In this document: piece by piece, positions 37,561 to 47,877 of the stretch | Numbering within the stretch: position 1 is the stretch's first letter | Layout of the letters: the number at the start of each line of letters is the position of its first letter | From: Candidatus Latescibacterota bacterium | GTDB lineage: Bacteria; Latescibacterota; UBA2968; GCA-2709665 | Assembly: GCA_965226795.1 (NCBI GenBank) | Contig: CBDDDZ010000002.1 | Location: 384,001 to 448,000 of the forward strand | Direction of reading: 5' to 3' | DNA: 64,000 nt | Notes under the pieces: generated by a model | The model's input: the letters and a program-made list of their open reading frames with translations, nothing else | What the model was told of the DNA's origin: nothing | Databases searched by the model: none | Program-made: the position numbers and the translations under genes

Positions 37561-40500
37561 TCATGATTTCTGGGATACCCAGGTGCGCCGTTCTCCCAGA
37601 AACGCGCCAATTTCCGAGATCAACGCGTCAGAGGGCGCCACGGTAAGCGCCCGGGAACGAATGACCTCCGTTCTTCCATCGCCCAACTCAAGGTGCAAAT
37701 AAAGTGTACACCCACCCCGGTGACCCTCCAGCATCGCTTTCAGCTGTTCCAGCGGCTCCGGAACCAGCATCTCCGCGGGCAGCTTTACGTTCAGCGCGTC
37801 CGCAAGCGTCTCTCTGGCGTCCTCCATCGACAGAACCTTCTCCACCCGCAACGATTGTCGACCGTTGCGTCCGGAGAGCCTACCCTGGATTACCACCATC
37901 GCGTCGGTCACAAACGCAGCCTTGACTTTTTCGAATGCATCGGGAAATACAACCAGATCCACGGCGCCATCCGGATCTTCAATGGTGCCGAACGCCATCG
38001 GCCGTCCGTTTCGGTCGGTATGCGACCTTGTTTCGGAAATCACCCCACCCAGTTTCACTTCCGCGCCCTCCGACAGACTACCGATATCCTGCGACGAAAG
38101 AATGCCCAGCGCAACCAGGTCCGCCCGGTACCTTTCCAGCGGATGCCCGGAGAGATAGAACCCAAGTACGTCCTTTTCGTGTGCCAGCCTTTCACGTTCC
38201 GTCCACTCCGGTTCGCCGGGAAGCACGTGGTTGTTGATGACTGCCGTCTGGTCCGCAAGGCCTTCCATGTCGAAGAGCGAAATCTGACGTCGCTGACGGG
38301 CCGCCTGCGCGGACTGACCCGCGTCGAGAGCCCGGTCGAGGCCTACCAGAAGCTGCGCGCGATGTCCGTTCAGACAGTCCATAGCTCCGGCGCGGATCAG
38401 GCTTTCGATGGCCCGGCGGTTGACCGCGCGCAAATCCACGCGTTCGCAGAACTCGAACAGCGAACTGAACGGTCCGTCAGCTTCCCTTGCGGTTACAATG
38501 GCCCCAACGGCGCCCCGCCCCACGTTTCGTACCGCCGCCATTCCAATCAGAATTGACGTTTCTGCAGCCACGAAATCCACGTAGGAAGTATTCACGTCGG
38601 GTGGCAGAACCTCCAGCTTCATTCGCCGGCATTCTTCAATCACGACCACCATTCGCTCTATGTTGCCGATCTCGCCGTTCATGCTGGCGGCCATATATTC
38701 CTGAGGATAATTCGCCTTGAGGTAGGCGTTTCGGTATGCGACAACGGCATATGCCGCCGCGTGCGCTTTAGGAAATGCATACCCTGCGAACACTTCAATA
38801 TCGGCGAAAATCTTCTCGGCGAGATTAAGGTCCACACCGTGTGTTTTGCACCCGTCGATAAACGCGTCTTTCTGCCGCGCCATTTCTTCGGGCTTTTTCT
38901 TGCCCATTGCGTCCCGAAGGATATCGGCCTGGCCGAGGCTGAACCCGGCCAGGACCCGCACAATCTGCATCACCTGCTCCTGGTACACCATGATCCCGTA
39001 GGTATCCTTCAGAATGGGCTCCACCTTCGGATGGGCGTAGACCACGTCTTCCTGTCCATGCTTGCGTGCGATAAAATTCGGGATGTACTGCATCGGCCCC
39101 GGGCGGTAGAGCGCGTTCATCGCGATGATGTCCTCGATACAGTCGGGCTTCAGCTTCATCAGGTATTCCCGCATTCCCGGGCTTTCAAACTGGAACACGC
39201 CCACGGTTTCGCCACGTCCGAACAGATCCAGGGTTTTTCTGTCGTCTTCAGGAATCTTCGTCAGGTCAAACGCCGGTACTTTCGTCTTTATCAGATCCAC
39301 CGTTTCGTCGGCAAGCGAGAGTTCCTTGAGGCCAAGGAAGTCCATTTTCAGAAGCCCGATATCCTGGCAGGTCGGACCGTCGAACTGGGTGGTCACTTTG
39401 CCGTCTTTCGGGGCTTTGTAAAGCGGCACGAAATTCGTGAGATTATCGGGTGCGATAATTACCGCGGCCGCGTGGACGGAGGCGTGCCGCGCCAGCCCCT
39501 CCAGGGCTCGCGCATGCTTGATCAGTTGCGCCTCCGGACCGTCGCCGTCGGCCATTTGTTTCAACTCCGGCACCTGTTGGATCGCTTTGTCCAGCGTTAT
39601 TTTCAAATCGTTGGGAACGAGCTTGGCAATCCGGTCGACCTCGCCGAACGACATGTCATGTACGCGGCCCACGTCCCTGATCACCGCCTTCGCCTTCATT
39701 GTTCCGAACGTGATAATCTGGCAGACATTGTCTTCGCCGTACTTCTCGGTAACGTATCTGATCACCTGGTCGCGTTTCTTGTCCGAAAAATCAATATCGA
39801 TGTCAGGCAGGCTCACACGCTCGGGGTTGAGAAATCGCTCGAACAGCAGATTGTACTTCATCGGATCCACGTCCGTAATCCGCAACGAATACGCCACCAG
39901 GCTCCCCGCGCAGGAGCCCCGCCCCGGCCCCACCGGGATTTCGTGCTCCTTTGCGTAATTGACATAATCCCAGACGATCAGGAAGTATCCGGCGAATCCC
40001 ATGCTTACGATCAGATCCAGTTCGAATTCCAGGCGATCCCGAATATTCTGCGTAATTGGATCGAAACGTCTCTTCAGTCCCTTGCGGGCCAGATGTTTAA
40101 GGTATTCGTCGGCCGACTCAAACCCCTCCGGCAATGGAAACTCCGGCGCAAGGTAGTTTCCGAATGCGAGTTCTATATTGCTTTTTTCAGCAATCTCCAG
40201 TGTCCGCTCCACCGCATGTGGCATATCCGAAAAGAGCGTGTGCATTTCATCCGCAGACTTGAAGTATACGTCTGTCGGATAACACATCCTTCCGGGATCG
40301 TTGAGGGTCTTCCCGGTCTGTAGAGCCACGAGAACGGCGTGGGCTTCGTGATCGTCCGCTCCCAGAAAATGGGAGTCGTTCGTCGCCACGAGCGGTACCC
40401 CCATTTCACCGTGAAGCCGCATCAGTCCGTCGTTGATTCTGGGCTCTCTATCGATGCCATGCCGCTGGATTTCCAGGTAATAGTCGTCGCCGAAAATGTC

Positions 40501-40995
40501 GAGATATTCTTCCACCGCGGACATCGCGGCGGGCACGCCTTCCCGTTCGATCAGATGCGGCACTTCGCCGCTCAGGCATCCCGAAAGGCAGACGAGGCCC
40601 TCCGAGTGTTCGCGCAACAGTTCCTTATCGATCCTGGGATGATAGTAAAATCCTTCCAAGTAACCGGCCGAGACCAGCTTTACGAGGTTGTAATACCCGC
40701 GTTTATTCTTCGCCAGCAACACCAGATGGTTGGATCCGCTGGGGACGCCGCGGGCCGGCTTTTTTTCGAACCGGCTTCCGATCGCACAATAGACCTCGCA
40801 TCCGATAATGGGTTTGACGTCTACCGCTTTCATAGCCCTGTAAAAATCCAAGGCGCCGAAAAGATTGCCGTGGTCTGTAATAGCGGCCGCGCGCATCCCC
40901 CACTCGGCGGCCCGTGCCGCCAATTTGTCAATTTTGCAGGCGCCGTCCAGCAGGCTGTACATGCTGTGGCTATGGAGATGCACGAATTCGGCCAT
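37561..40995 (-). CDS. dnaE: DNA polymerase III alpha subunit
   Basis: FVHLHSHSMYSLLDG PHP domain, GPGRGS, PDIDIDF, KMDFLGL. Confidence 0.98.
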   Translation of the reverse strand: MAEFVHLHSHSMYSLLDGACKIDKLAARAAEWGMRAAAITDHGNLFGALDFYRAMKAVDVKPIIGCEVYCAIGSRFEKKPARGVPSGSNHLVLLAKNKRGYYNLVKLVSAGYLEGFYYHPRIDKELLREHSEGLVCLSGCLSGEVPHLIEREGVPAAMSAVEEYLDIFGDDYYLEIQRHGIDREPRINDGLMRLHGEMGVPLVATNDSHFLGADDHEAHAVLVALQTGKTLNDPGRMCYPTDVYFKSADEMHTLFSDMPHAVERTLEIAEKSNIELAFGNYLAPEFPLPEGFESADEYLKHLARKGLKRRFDPITQNIRDRLEFELDLIVSMGFAGYFLIVWDYVNYAKEHEIPVGPGRGSCAGSLVAYSLRITDVDPMKYNLLFERFLNPERVSLPDIDIDFSDKKRDQVIRYVTEKYGEDNVCQIITFGTMKAKAVIRDVGRVHDMSFGEVDRIAKLVPNDLKITLDKAIQQVPELKQMADGDGPEAQLIKHARALEGLARHASVHAAAVIIAPDNLTNFVPLYKAPKDGKVTTQFDGPTCQDIGLLKMDFLGLKELSLADETVDLIKTKVPAFDLTKIPEDDRKTLDLFGRGETVGVFQFESPGMREYLMKLKPDCIEDIIAMNALYRPGPMQYIPNFIARKHGQEDVVYAHPKVEPILKDTYGIMVYQEQVMQIVRVLAGFSLGQADILRDAMGKKKPEEMARQKDAFIDGCKTHGVDLNLAEKIFADIEVFAGYAFPKAHAAAYAVVAYRNAYLKANYPQEYMAASMNGEIGNIERMVVVIEECRRMKLEVLPPDVNTSYVDFVAAETSILIGMAAVRNVGRGAVGAIVTAREADGPFSSLFEFCERVDLRAVNRRAIESLIRAGAMDCLNGHRAQLLVGLDRALDAGQSAQAARQRRQISLFDMEGLADQTAVINNHVLPGEPEWTERERLAHEKDVLGFYLSGHPLERYRADLVALGILSSQDIGSLSEGAEVKLGGVISETRSHTDRNGRPMAFGTIEDPDGAVDLVVFPDAFEKVKAAFVTDAMVVIQGRLSGRNGRQSLRVEKVLSMEDARETLADALNVKLPAEMLVPEPLEQLKAMLEGHRGGCTLYLHLELGDGRTEVIRSRALTVAPSDALISEIGAFLGERRTWVSQKS

Positions 40996-41146
40996 AGAGA
41001 GTTTCTCCGAATGTGCCGGTTGGACAGATTTCATTCAGGGAAAAAGCGCCGCCTGGGAAGGTGGACATCCCGGGGGAAAGCGGGGAATGTTAAAACACGA
41101 GGGCGCGCCGGATGCGCGCGAGCGCCGATATCCCGGCGTCGGAACA

Positions 41147-41175
41147 ATCTTACTTCCGGCTCAACCAAAAGTCAA
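41147..41175 (-). promoter_or_regulatory. Sigma70 promoter upstream of dnaE
   Basis: TTGACT-17 nt-TAAGAT. Confidence 0.6.
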
Positions 41176-41462
41176 GCGACAGATTGACAGGTTGGCTTGC
41201 CAAAAACCGCCTGGAATAGACTACGGGAACGACGGGCACGAAAGGCAACGGTGTCAGGAAAATGGACCGGCGAAAGCCGGGAACCAGGATCTCTCGCAGC
41301 ACTTGATAGCGAGGATCGCCGCGAACTATACGGACTCTGCGGCGCGGCGGTCCCGGTTTCGGGGAGCGTTTTTCAATTGAACTTCCCTCGCCTTTGCGGT
41401 ACCTTATTTCAAGCCAGAATGAAGTCGCCACGACTCCCGTCACTGATTCAAGAGTCCTGATT

Positions 41463-42743
41463 ATGTCCGAAAATCTGGAAATCCGCCCGCTCCGCCGTCC
41501 CGTCGACGCCGACGTGTCGGTACCCGGATCCAAGTCCTACACCAACCGGGCGCTGTTGATCGCGGCGCTGGCCAACGGCCGGAGCCGGCTAACCGGCGCT
41601 CTTGAAAGCGACGACACCCGGTATATGGCCGGCGCACTTTCGGCCCTCGGCGTCGACATTCGGGTCGAATGCGAAAGCATCTTCAGCATCGACGGCGCGG
41701 GAGGACGTATTCCCGTCTCGAGCGCAAAACTCTTCGTGGGCAACTCAGGCACCACCGCCCGGTTTCTCGCCGCCTACGCGGCGCTGGGTAACGGCAGCTA
41801 CACGCTGGACGGAGCGCCGCGGATGAGAGAGCGGCCAATCCAGGATCTGATCGACGGCCTTCGTCACCTCGGGGTTCGCGCGCGGAGCCTGGCGGGCAAC
41901 GGCTGTCCGCCGGTTGTGGTCGACGGATCCGGCCTCGAGGGCGGGCGCACGCATATGGCGGGAGACCGGAGCAGCCAGTATCTCACGGCCCTCCTGCTGG
42001 TTGCGCCGTACGCGCGGAGGGACGTCGAGATCCGCGTTACCGGCGCACTGGTCTCCAGGCCCTACATCGACATGACCGTTCGTATTATGCGCGACTTCGG
42101 CGTCTGCGTCGACGTGAAGGACGATAACGTCTTCCAGGTGAAAGCCGGGCAGCGTTTCAGGCCCTCCGAATACGCCATCGAACCGGACGCCTCCAACGCG
42201 TCGTATTTCTTCGCTGCGGCGGCGCTAACCGGCGGTCGGATCAAGGTCCGTAACCTTTCCCCGGAATCGGCACAGGGAGACGTGCGTTTCGTGGACGTCC
42301 TGAACCGAATGGGCTGCGCCGTGAGCAACCGGCCGGACGGTATCGAAGTCCGCGGCCCTGAACGGCTCTCCGGCATCGATGTCGACATGAACGCCATGCC
42401 GGACGTGGTTCAGACCCTCTGCGCCCTCGCCCCGTTCGCCTCCGAGCCGGTCACCGTGCGCAACATAGCCAACCTGCGCATCAAGGAAACCGACCGCATC
42501 GCCGCTGTCGTTGCTGAACTGAACAAACTGGGCGTTCGCGCAGACGCCCGGCCCGACGCGCTGACAGTCTATCCTGCCGCGCGCATCCGCCCGGCCGAAC
42601 TCGACACGTATGACGATCACCGCATGGCCATGAGCATGGCGTTGATCGGCCTGAAGGCTCCGGGTATCGCAATACGGGATCCTGCCTGCGTCAATAAGAC
42701 CTTTCCGTCGTATTTCCAATGCCTCGACGCGTTGCGGAGGTAG
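41463..42743 (+). CDS. aroA: 3-phosphoshikimate 1-carboxyvinyltransferase (EPSP synthase)
   Basis: PGSKSYTNR, GNSGTTARF, SSQY, RIKETDRI, DDHRMAM. Confidence 0.98.
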   Translation: MSENLEIRPLRRPVDADVSVPGSKSYTNRALLIAALANGRSRLTGALESDDTRYMAGALSALGVDIRVECESIFSIDGAGGRIPVSSAKLFVGNSGTTARFLAAYAALGNGSYTLDGAPRMRERPIQDLIDGLRHLGVRARSLAGNGCPPVVVDGSGLEGGRTHMAGDRSSQYLTALLLVAPYARRDVEIRVTGALVSRPYIDMTVRIMRDFGVCVDVKDDNVFQVKAGQRFRPSEYAIEPDASNASYFFAAAALTGGRIKVRNLSPESAQGDVRFVDVLNRMGCAVSNRPDGIEVRGPERLSGIDVDMNAMPDVVQTLCALAPFASEPVTVRNIANLRIKETDRIAAVVAELNKLGVRADARPDALTVYPAARIRPAELDTYDDHRMAMSMALIGLKAPGIAIRDPACVNKTFPSYFQCLDALRR

Positions 42744-42770
42744 CGCCTGCGTACAGGTTTAATCGTACTT

Positions 42771-43634
42771 CTATCGTCGTCGCCGTCGTTCCTTCGCACC
42801 CGCTTTATTCCCGCGACGGGCCCGCTCACTCTCCAGGATCCTTTTCTTGATCGCCTGGAACCCGCGGGAATCCCTTGATAGACCCGCTTTGGGGGGCAGT
42901 CCTCCAATCTGCGCCCGCACGTTCTCGATCCGCTCGCGGCTGGGAGGATGTGTGGAAAACAAGACCTCCAGCCGGCCCGCCTCCTTTTCCTGCATCGCCA
43001 TCAGCTTTTCGAAAAACGTGGCCGTTCCCTCCGGATCGATGCCCGACTTGTAAGTCGCGTCAACGGCAAACCCGTCCGCCTCCCGCTCGGCGTCGCGTCC
43101 GTACTTCAACTGTCCCATACCGGTAGAAATCGCGGCGACCTGCCTGAGCACCCGGCGCTGCACGTCCGCGTCCTCTCCACCCAGGGTTGCGTCGAGAATC
43201 ACGGCCGCGCCGAACTGCCTGCTGATTGCCCGGGCGCCGTGCCTTCCATCCACGTGGCCGATTTCGTGGCCGATAACCCCCGCAAGTTCAGACTCGTTCT
43301 CCGCGGTTGTGATAAGCCCCCGGTTCACGTACAGCCAGCCGCCCGGAAGGGCGAAAGCGTTTACGTCATCCGTATCCACGACCTTGAAATAGTAGGTCAG
43401 ATTCGAGCGGCGAGAATGCCGCCCAAGCCTCCGGCCCAGACTGTCGATGTACGCCGCCACGGCAGGGTCGTTATAGAGCTTGAGATTTCGCTCGACGTCT
43501 CGCGCCGCCTGTCTGCCGATCTCTACTTCCTGCTCCGTACTCAATATATTGAAACGGCCAACCGCCGCGCAGGATGCTATCGATCCCACCAGGCAGACAG
43601 TTACCAACAGCCGCAAGCAAGACATCTTCGACAT
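42771..43634 (-). CDS. M48 family zinc metalloprotease lipoprotein
   Basis: IASC lipobox, NAFALPGG, HEIGH, EREAD, STHP. Confidence 0.93.
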   Translation of the reverse strand: MSKMSCLRLLVTVCLVGSIASCAAVGRFNILSTEQEVEIGRQAARDVERNLKLYNDPAVAAYIDSLGRRLGRHSRRSNLTYYFKVVDTDDVNAFALPGGWLYVNRGLITTAENESELAGVIGHEIGHVDGRHGARAISRQFGAAVILDATLGGEDADVQRRVLRQVAAISTGMGQLKYGRDAEREADGFAVDATYKSGIDPEGTATFFEKLMAMQEKEAGRLEVLFSTHPPSRERIENVRAQIGGLPPKAGLSRDSRGFQAIKKRILESERARRGNKAGAKERRRRR

Positions 43635-43806
43635 TGCCAGAATAGCCTTTCACTACGTTTCGATTGCCGCCGGGCTGTTCCCGGAATCCGAGCGCGCCAG
43701 CAAGAAACACTTGGCACTGCATGTGGACGTCAGTACCTGGCGGACCCTTTCTTCCAGTGCTTACCCGCAGAAGGGCGCCCTCACCCATTCCACGTGATAT
43801 GGACCG

Positions 43807-44736
43807 TTATCTGTCCATATCAATTTGAAGCGTCCCCCGTCTTCCGTCCACGACAGCCGGGAGTCCGATCGGCAGAACGCGACGACCGGATCCGTGCCCA
43901 TACGGGAGCCCACAGAAGACCGGAACGACAACTGAAGTCGAAAAATCACGGAGAACGTCGTCCATGGTGCCCTCCTCTTCCCGTTCCGGTTCGCAGCCTT
44001 CGAACTGCCCGAATACCACACCGGCGACCCGGTCGAAGACACCCGCCATCCGGAGTTGGGTAAGCATGCGGTCCACCCGGTAGGGCGCCTCGTTCACGTC
44101 TTCCAGAAACAGCACTGCACCGTCGGTATCCGGAAAATATCCTGTACCCGCGAGCGATGCGACCACGGACAGGCAGCCACCCAACAGCCTCCCTGCCGCG
44201 GTTTGTCCCCGCAGCGCCACGACACCGGCCATCGCGTCATACCGCCCCGACGTGAGCGCGTTCCACAGAGATGTTTCCGTTGCTTCCGGCATTCCAGACG
44301 GCGAAACGTCTCCGCACAGCGTTACGCCCGAGTAACTCACCATTCCGGTACGGGCGTAGATTCCCAATTGCAGCGCGGTCGTATCGCTGAACCCCACCAG
44401 GGGCTTCGGACATTTCCGGATTGCCTCATAGTCAAGAGACCCCAGCACCCGCGCGGCACCGAAACCACCGCGGGCCGCAAAGATAGCCCTCACCTCGGGG
44501 TCGGCGAACATTGCGTTCAAATCCGTCGCCCTGGCGAGATCGTGTCCCGCCAGGTACCGATCCCGATCGTAGACCGCCGAACCGACCCGCACCCGGTATC
44601 CCCGATTCCGCAGGTATGCCAGGCCCGGCCGCAGACGTTCGCTTTCAAACGATCCCGAGGGCGACACGACCCCGATCAGGTCGCCGCGTCGAATATACGG
44701 TGGAATAACCAAATGACTTTTCCATCTCCAAGTCAC
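43807..44736 (-). CDS. ldcA: LD-carboxypeptidase (peptidase S66)
   Basis: ARGGFG, GFSDTT, LFLEDVNE, YGH motifs. Confidence 0.93.
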   Translation of the reverse strand: MTWRWKSHLVIPPYIRRGDLIGVVSPSGSFESERLRPGLAYLRNRGYRVRVGSAVYDRDRYLAGHDLARATDLNAMFADPEVRAIFAARGGFGAARVLGSLDYEAIRKCPKPLVGFSDTTALQLGIYARTGMVSYSGVTLCGDVSPSGMPEATETSLWNALTSGRYDAMAGVVALRGQTAAGRLLGGCLSVVASLAGTGYFPDTDGAVLFLEDVNEAPYRVDRMLTQLRMAGVFDRVAGVVFGQFEGCEPEREEEGTMDDVLRDFSTSVVVPVFCGLPYGHGSGRRVLPIGLPAVVDGRRGTLQIDMDR

Positions 44737-44795
44737 ACGACTGCGGAAGCGCCGTTGTCGTAAGGACGCCGCCGGCGGACAGCGGACACCGGACG

Positions 44796-46160
44796 TCAGG
44801 GCGCGAACGACTTCAATATTCCGGTGGCGAAATCGGTCAGTGTGTCGTCACGCGCTCCCATAATCACCACCCTGTCGCCGGGTCGCGCCTGTTCCGAAAA
44901 CCAGCATGCAATCTCTTCTCTCTCCTGGAAAAACGCCGCACGAATACCACGTTCGCAAATCGCGTCGATCAATTCTCCGGACGAGATATCCCGCACCGCC
45001 GTTCCGCCCGCATAATATATTTCCGGCATCGCAAGCAGATCCTGCTTTTCCATCCCATCCGCAAGAGCGGCTATCAGCCCATCCTTGAGAAACCGCGTTG
45101 GAGCGAATCCGGTTGGCTGGAACATCACCAGCAGCCGCCCCGGCTGTTCCTTGAGTGTCGCGAGAGACGCCGAAATCTTGTCGGGATTGTGCGCGAAGTC
45201 ATCGATCACCGTCACGCCGCCGGCGGTCCCCAGTACCTGCAGGCGCCGCCGGATGCCCGCAAAATCAGCCAGCGCGTCCGCCGATTGTCTGATCGTGACG
45301 CCCAATAACGAGCAGGCGGCCACGGCTGCTGCTGCATTGGAAACATTGTGCCTGCCAGGCACCATCAGGCGAAATCCGACCCCGCTGACTTCAAACGCCA
45401 CGCCATCCGCAAGGGGTTGAATCTTCTCGGCGCAGACCTGCGCACGGTTATTTTTCACGCCAAAACCAATGCCCTCCACGCCAAGGGCCACGGATGACTC
45501 GCAGTCCATATTGATTACCGCAGCCCGGCGGGCCTTTTGCACGAATTCCCGAAACATCCCGAACAAAACCTCGAGCGGCTTGTGGTCCTGCGAAATATTG
45601 GTCAATACCGAAATCGAAGGCTCGTACAAGACAATCGTGCCGTCGCTCTCATCCGCCTCAATCACCGAAAGGCCGGGATCGCCGCAGATTGCGTTGCCCG
45701 TGAGCGATGGCGGCTCATTCAGGAGCGCACCTCCCAGAATCACGGTTGGGTCTCTGTCCGTCCTCTTCAGAATGTGACCGATCATGCCAGCCACAGTGGT
45801 TTTTCCGCTCGTGCCGCCAACGGCGACCCCCTCCGCCCGGTTGAATAGCTCCGCCAGCACCTCCGCGCGCTTCCGAACGGGTATCTTCCGACGCAACGCG
45901 GCGCGCACGTCGGGGATGTGTTCCTCCACCGCTGCGGATACCACCAGTTCGTCCACGGTGTCATCCACACCCGAACCATCCTGGGGGTACAACGCGATGC
46001 CCCGCGCCTTGAGCTGTTCGAAGAGTCTGTGGTTCTGTCCCTGGTCCCGGCTGCGGTCGGACCCGCGTACCGCGTGGCCGTGATGCCACAACACTTGCGC
46101 CAGCGCGCTCATTCCGCTGCCGCCGATCCCGCAGAAAAAGACCGTTTTCCAGGCCGCCAC
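44796..46160 (-). CDS. MurC/Mpl-family Mur ligase
   Basis: GIGGSGMSALA, GTSGKTT, EADESDG, DDFAHNP. Confidence 0.9.
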   Translation of the reverse strand: MAAWKTVFFCGIGGSGMSALAQVLWHHGHAVRGSDRSRDQGQNHRLFEQLKARGIALYPQDGSGVDDTVDELVVSAAVEEHIPDVRAALRRKIPVRKRAEVLAELFNRAEGVAVGGTSGKTTVAGMIGHILKRTDRDPTVILGGALLNEPPSLTGNAICGDPGLSVIEADESDGTIVLYEPSISVLTNISQDHKPLEVLFGMFREFVQKARRAAVINMDCESSVALGVEGIGFGVKNNRAQVCAEKIQPLADGVAFEVSGVGFRLMVPGRHNVSNAAAAVAACSLLGVTIRQSADALADFAGIRRRLQVLGTAGGVTVIDDFAHNPDKISASLATLKEQPGRLLVMFQPTGFAPTRFLKDGLIAALADGMEKQDLLAMPEIYYAGGTAVRDISSGELIDAICERGIRAAFFQEREEIACWFSEQARPGDRVVIMGARDDTLTDFATGILKSFAP

Positions 46161-46209
46161 GTCCTCTCCTTCCGCCGTCTGTCAGAAACGCACACTCGGA
46201 GTTGATTCC

Positions 46210-46238
46210 ATACTAAAGACCCATACCGGTTTTGTCAA
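46210..46238 (-). promoter_or_regulatory. Sigma70 promoter
   Basis: TTGACA-17 nt-TAGTAT upstream of the Mur ligase gene. Confidence 0.65.
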
Positions 46239-46486
46239 GCATACAAGAAAAACAAAGGACTCCGGAGAACCGGGCATCGACCATCGGCGTACCCCGGCCA
46301 GCCGGGAACCCGCAGACTGCCCGGCCTGCCGAAGAGATCATTCGAGGCATATGGCCGATATCTTCCGCGAAGCAGAGACCGCGCCCGTCCCGGTTTCTGA
46401 TCTACGGAACGTAGGGCGGTGTACTCGGCAATTTGGAAATCGTCTCAGGCGCCAGTCCCTATATGGGAATCGCGGGGCTTCTTCCA

Positions 46487-46515
46487 TTGACACACGGCCG
46501 GGTGTACAGTATATT
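46487..46515 (+). promoter_or_regulatory. Sigma70 promoter
   Basis: TTGACA-17 nt-TATATT. Confidence 0.7.
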
Positions 46516-46576
46516 TCCACTTCTGGATCTGCAGCGAATTTCGTATTACAACCTCCTATTATACAAGGAGTTCTAC

Positions 46577-47779
46577 ATGGGCGGCAAGTTTCGTTACGTG
46601 CTGACCGACGTAGATCGCGCCCTCTGGGTCGAGTCCGGATATGTAGATGAGGAAACCCTGTCCATAGGGACAGGATATTCGTGGAGCGTGAAAAAGAAAA
46701 CCCTTCAGGGTGGCCTCCAGGCGGGCATCGACCTTATTGAGGTGGACAACGGCGCATTCTCTTTTTTCATAGTGCCGACACGAGGCATGGGCATCTGGAA
46801 AGGCATCTACCGGGGTATCCCGATCGGATGGGAATCCCCGGCCCGCGACCTGGTTCATCCGGCCCACGTCGACGCCAACGACCGGGGAGGCCTCGGTTGG
46901 CTGAAGGGCTTCAACGAATGGATCGTTCGCTGCGGCCTGGAAAGCAACGGCGCGCCGACGAACGACGTGGTAATAGACAACAACGGAAACGAGGCCACGG
47001 TTTTCCTCCCGCTTCACGGAAAAATCGCAAACATTCCTGCGCGCCACGTCGAGGTGTGCATCGACCTGGCACCCCCACATCGCATCACTGTGATGGGGGT
47101 TGTCGACGAAACCATGATGCTTGGTCCCGCGCTGCGGTTGACCACCTGTATTTCCACGTTACCAGGCGCCAACAGCCTCACTGTTTCGGATAGGATTACC
47201 AACCTCAATAACAACCCCGCCGAAATGCAGATGCTATACCATTGTAACTATGGGCCTCCGCTGTTGGAAGAGGGGAGCGCCCTCGTGGCACCCATCAGAT
47301 CCGTATCCCCGAGAGACGCCAGGGCGCAGAAGGGCGTGGACGCCTATAACAGTTTCGGGGCGCCGGAGCCCGGTTTTGTTGAACAGGTCTATTTTTACGA
47401 GCTGGCAGGAAAGAGGGGAAGCGGGCAGACGGCGGTCCTGCTCAAGAACGCCAAGGGAGACCTTGGATCCAGCCTGCACTGTTCGCTAAACCAGTTGCCC
47501 TGTTTTACGCTCTGGAAGAACACGGCGGCAACCGGTGTCGGATACGTCACCGGTCTGGAACCCGCTACCAACTACCCCAACCCCAAGCCGTTCGAGCGTA
47601 AACATGGCCGCGTCGTCAGGCTCGAAGCCGGTGAGACCCACAGAATGGACCTTACGGTTGCCGTCCACGACAGCAGAAAAAAGGTCCGGAACGTGGAACG
47701 GGCTATCAAGCAGATTCAAAAGAACGTAAAATCCAGCGTTTCCCGGACGCCCCTCAAGAGGTTTTCCGCTGCCGGTTAG
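46577..47779 (+). CDS. Aldose 1-epimerase-like protein (DUF4432 family)
   Basis: [47 protein letters not shown]. Confidence 0.85.
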   Translation: MGGKFRYVLTDVDRALWVESGYVDEETLSIGTGYSWSVKKKTLQGGLQAGIDLIEVDNGAFSFFIVPTRGMGIWKGIYRGIPIGWESPARDLVHPAHVDANDRGGLGWLKGFNEWIVRCGLESNGAPTNDVVIDNNGNEATVFLPLHGKIANIPARHVEVCIDLAPPHRITVMGVVDETMMLGPALRLTTCISTLPGANSLTVSDRITNLNNNPAEMQMLYHCNYGPPLLEEGSALVAPIRSVSPRDARAQKGVDAYNSFGAPEPGFVEQVYFYELAGKRGSGQTAVLLKNAKGDLGSSLHCSLNQLPCFTLWKNTAATGVGYVTGLEPATNYPNPKPFERKHGRVVRLEAGETHRMDLTVAVHDSRKKVRNVERAIKQIQKNVKSSVSRTPLKRFSAAG

Positions 47780-47877
47780 AGCGACCCGATACCGGCGTTC
47801 AAAAAACGGGCTCGGCGCGCACGTTCGGCACCAGCGCCGACGGTCTCTGCAGGTCGTCAGGTGGAAACACCGAAAGG

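Noticed and set aside
47780..47877. T-box riboswitch upstream of glyQS
   Set aside because: The intergenic space is under 100 bp, with no T-box motif or terminator.
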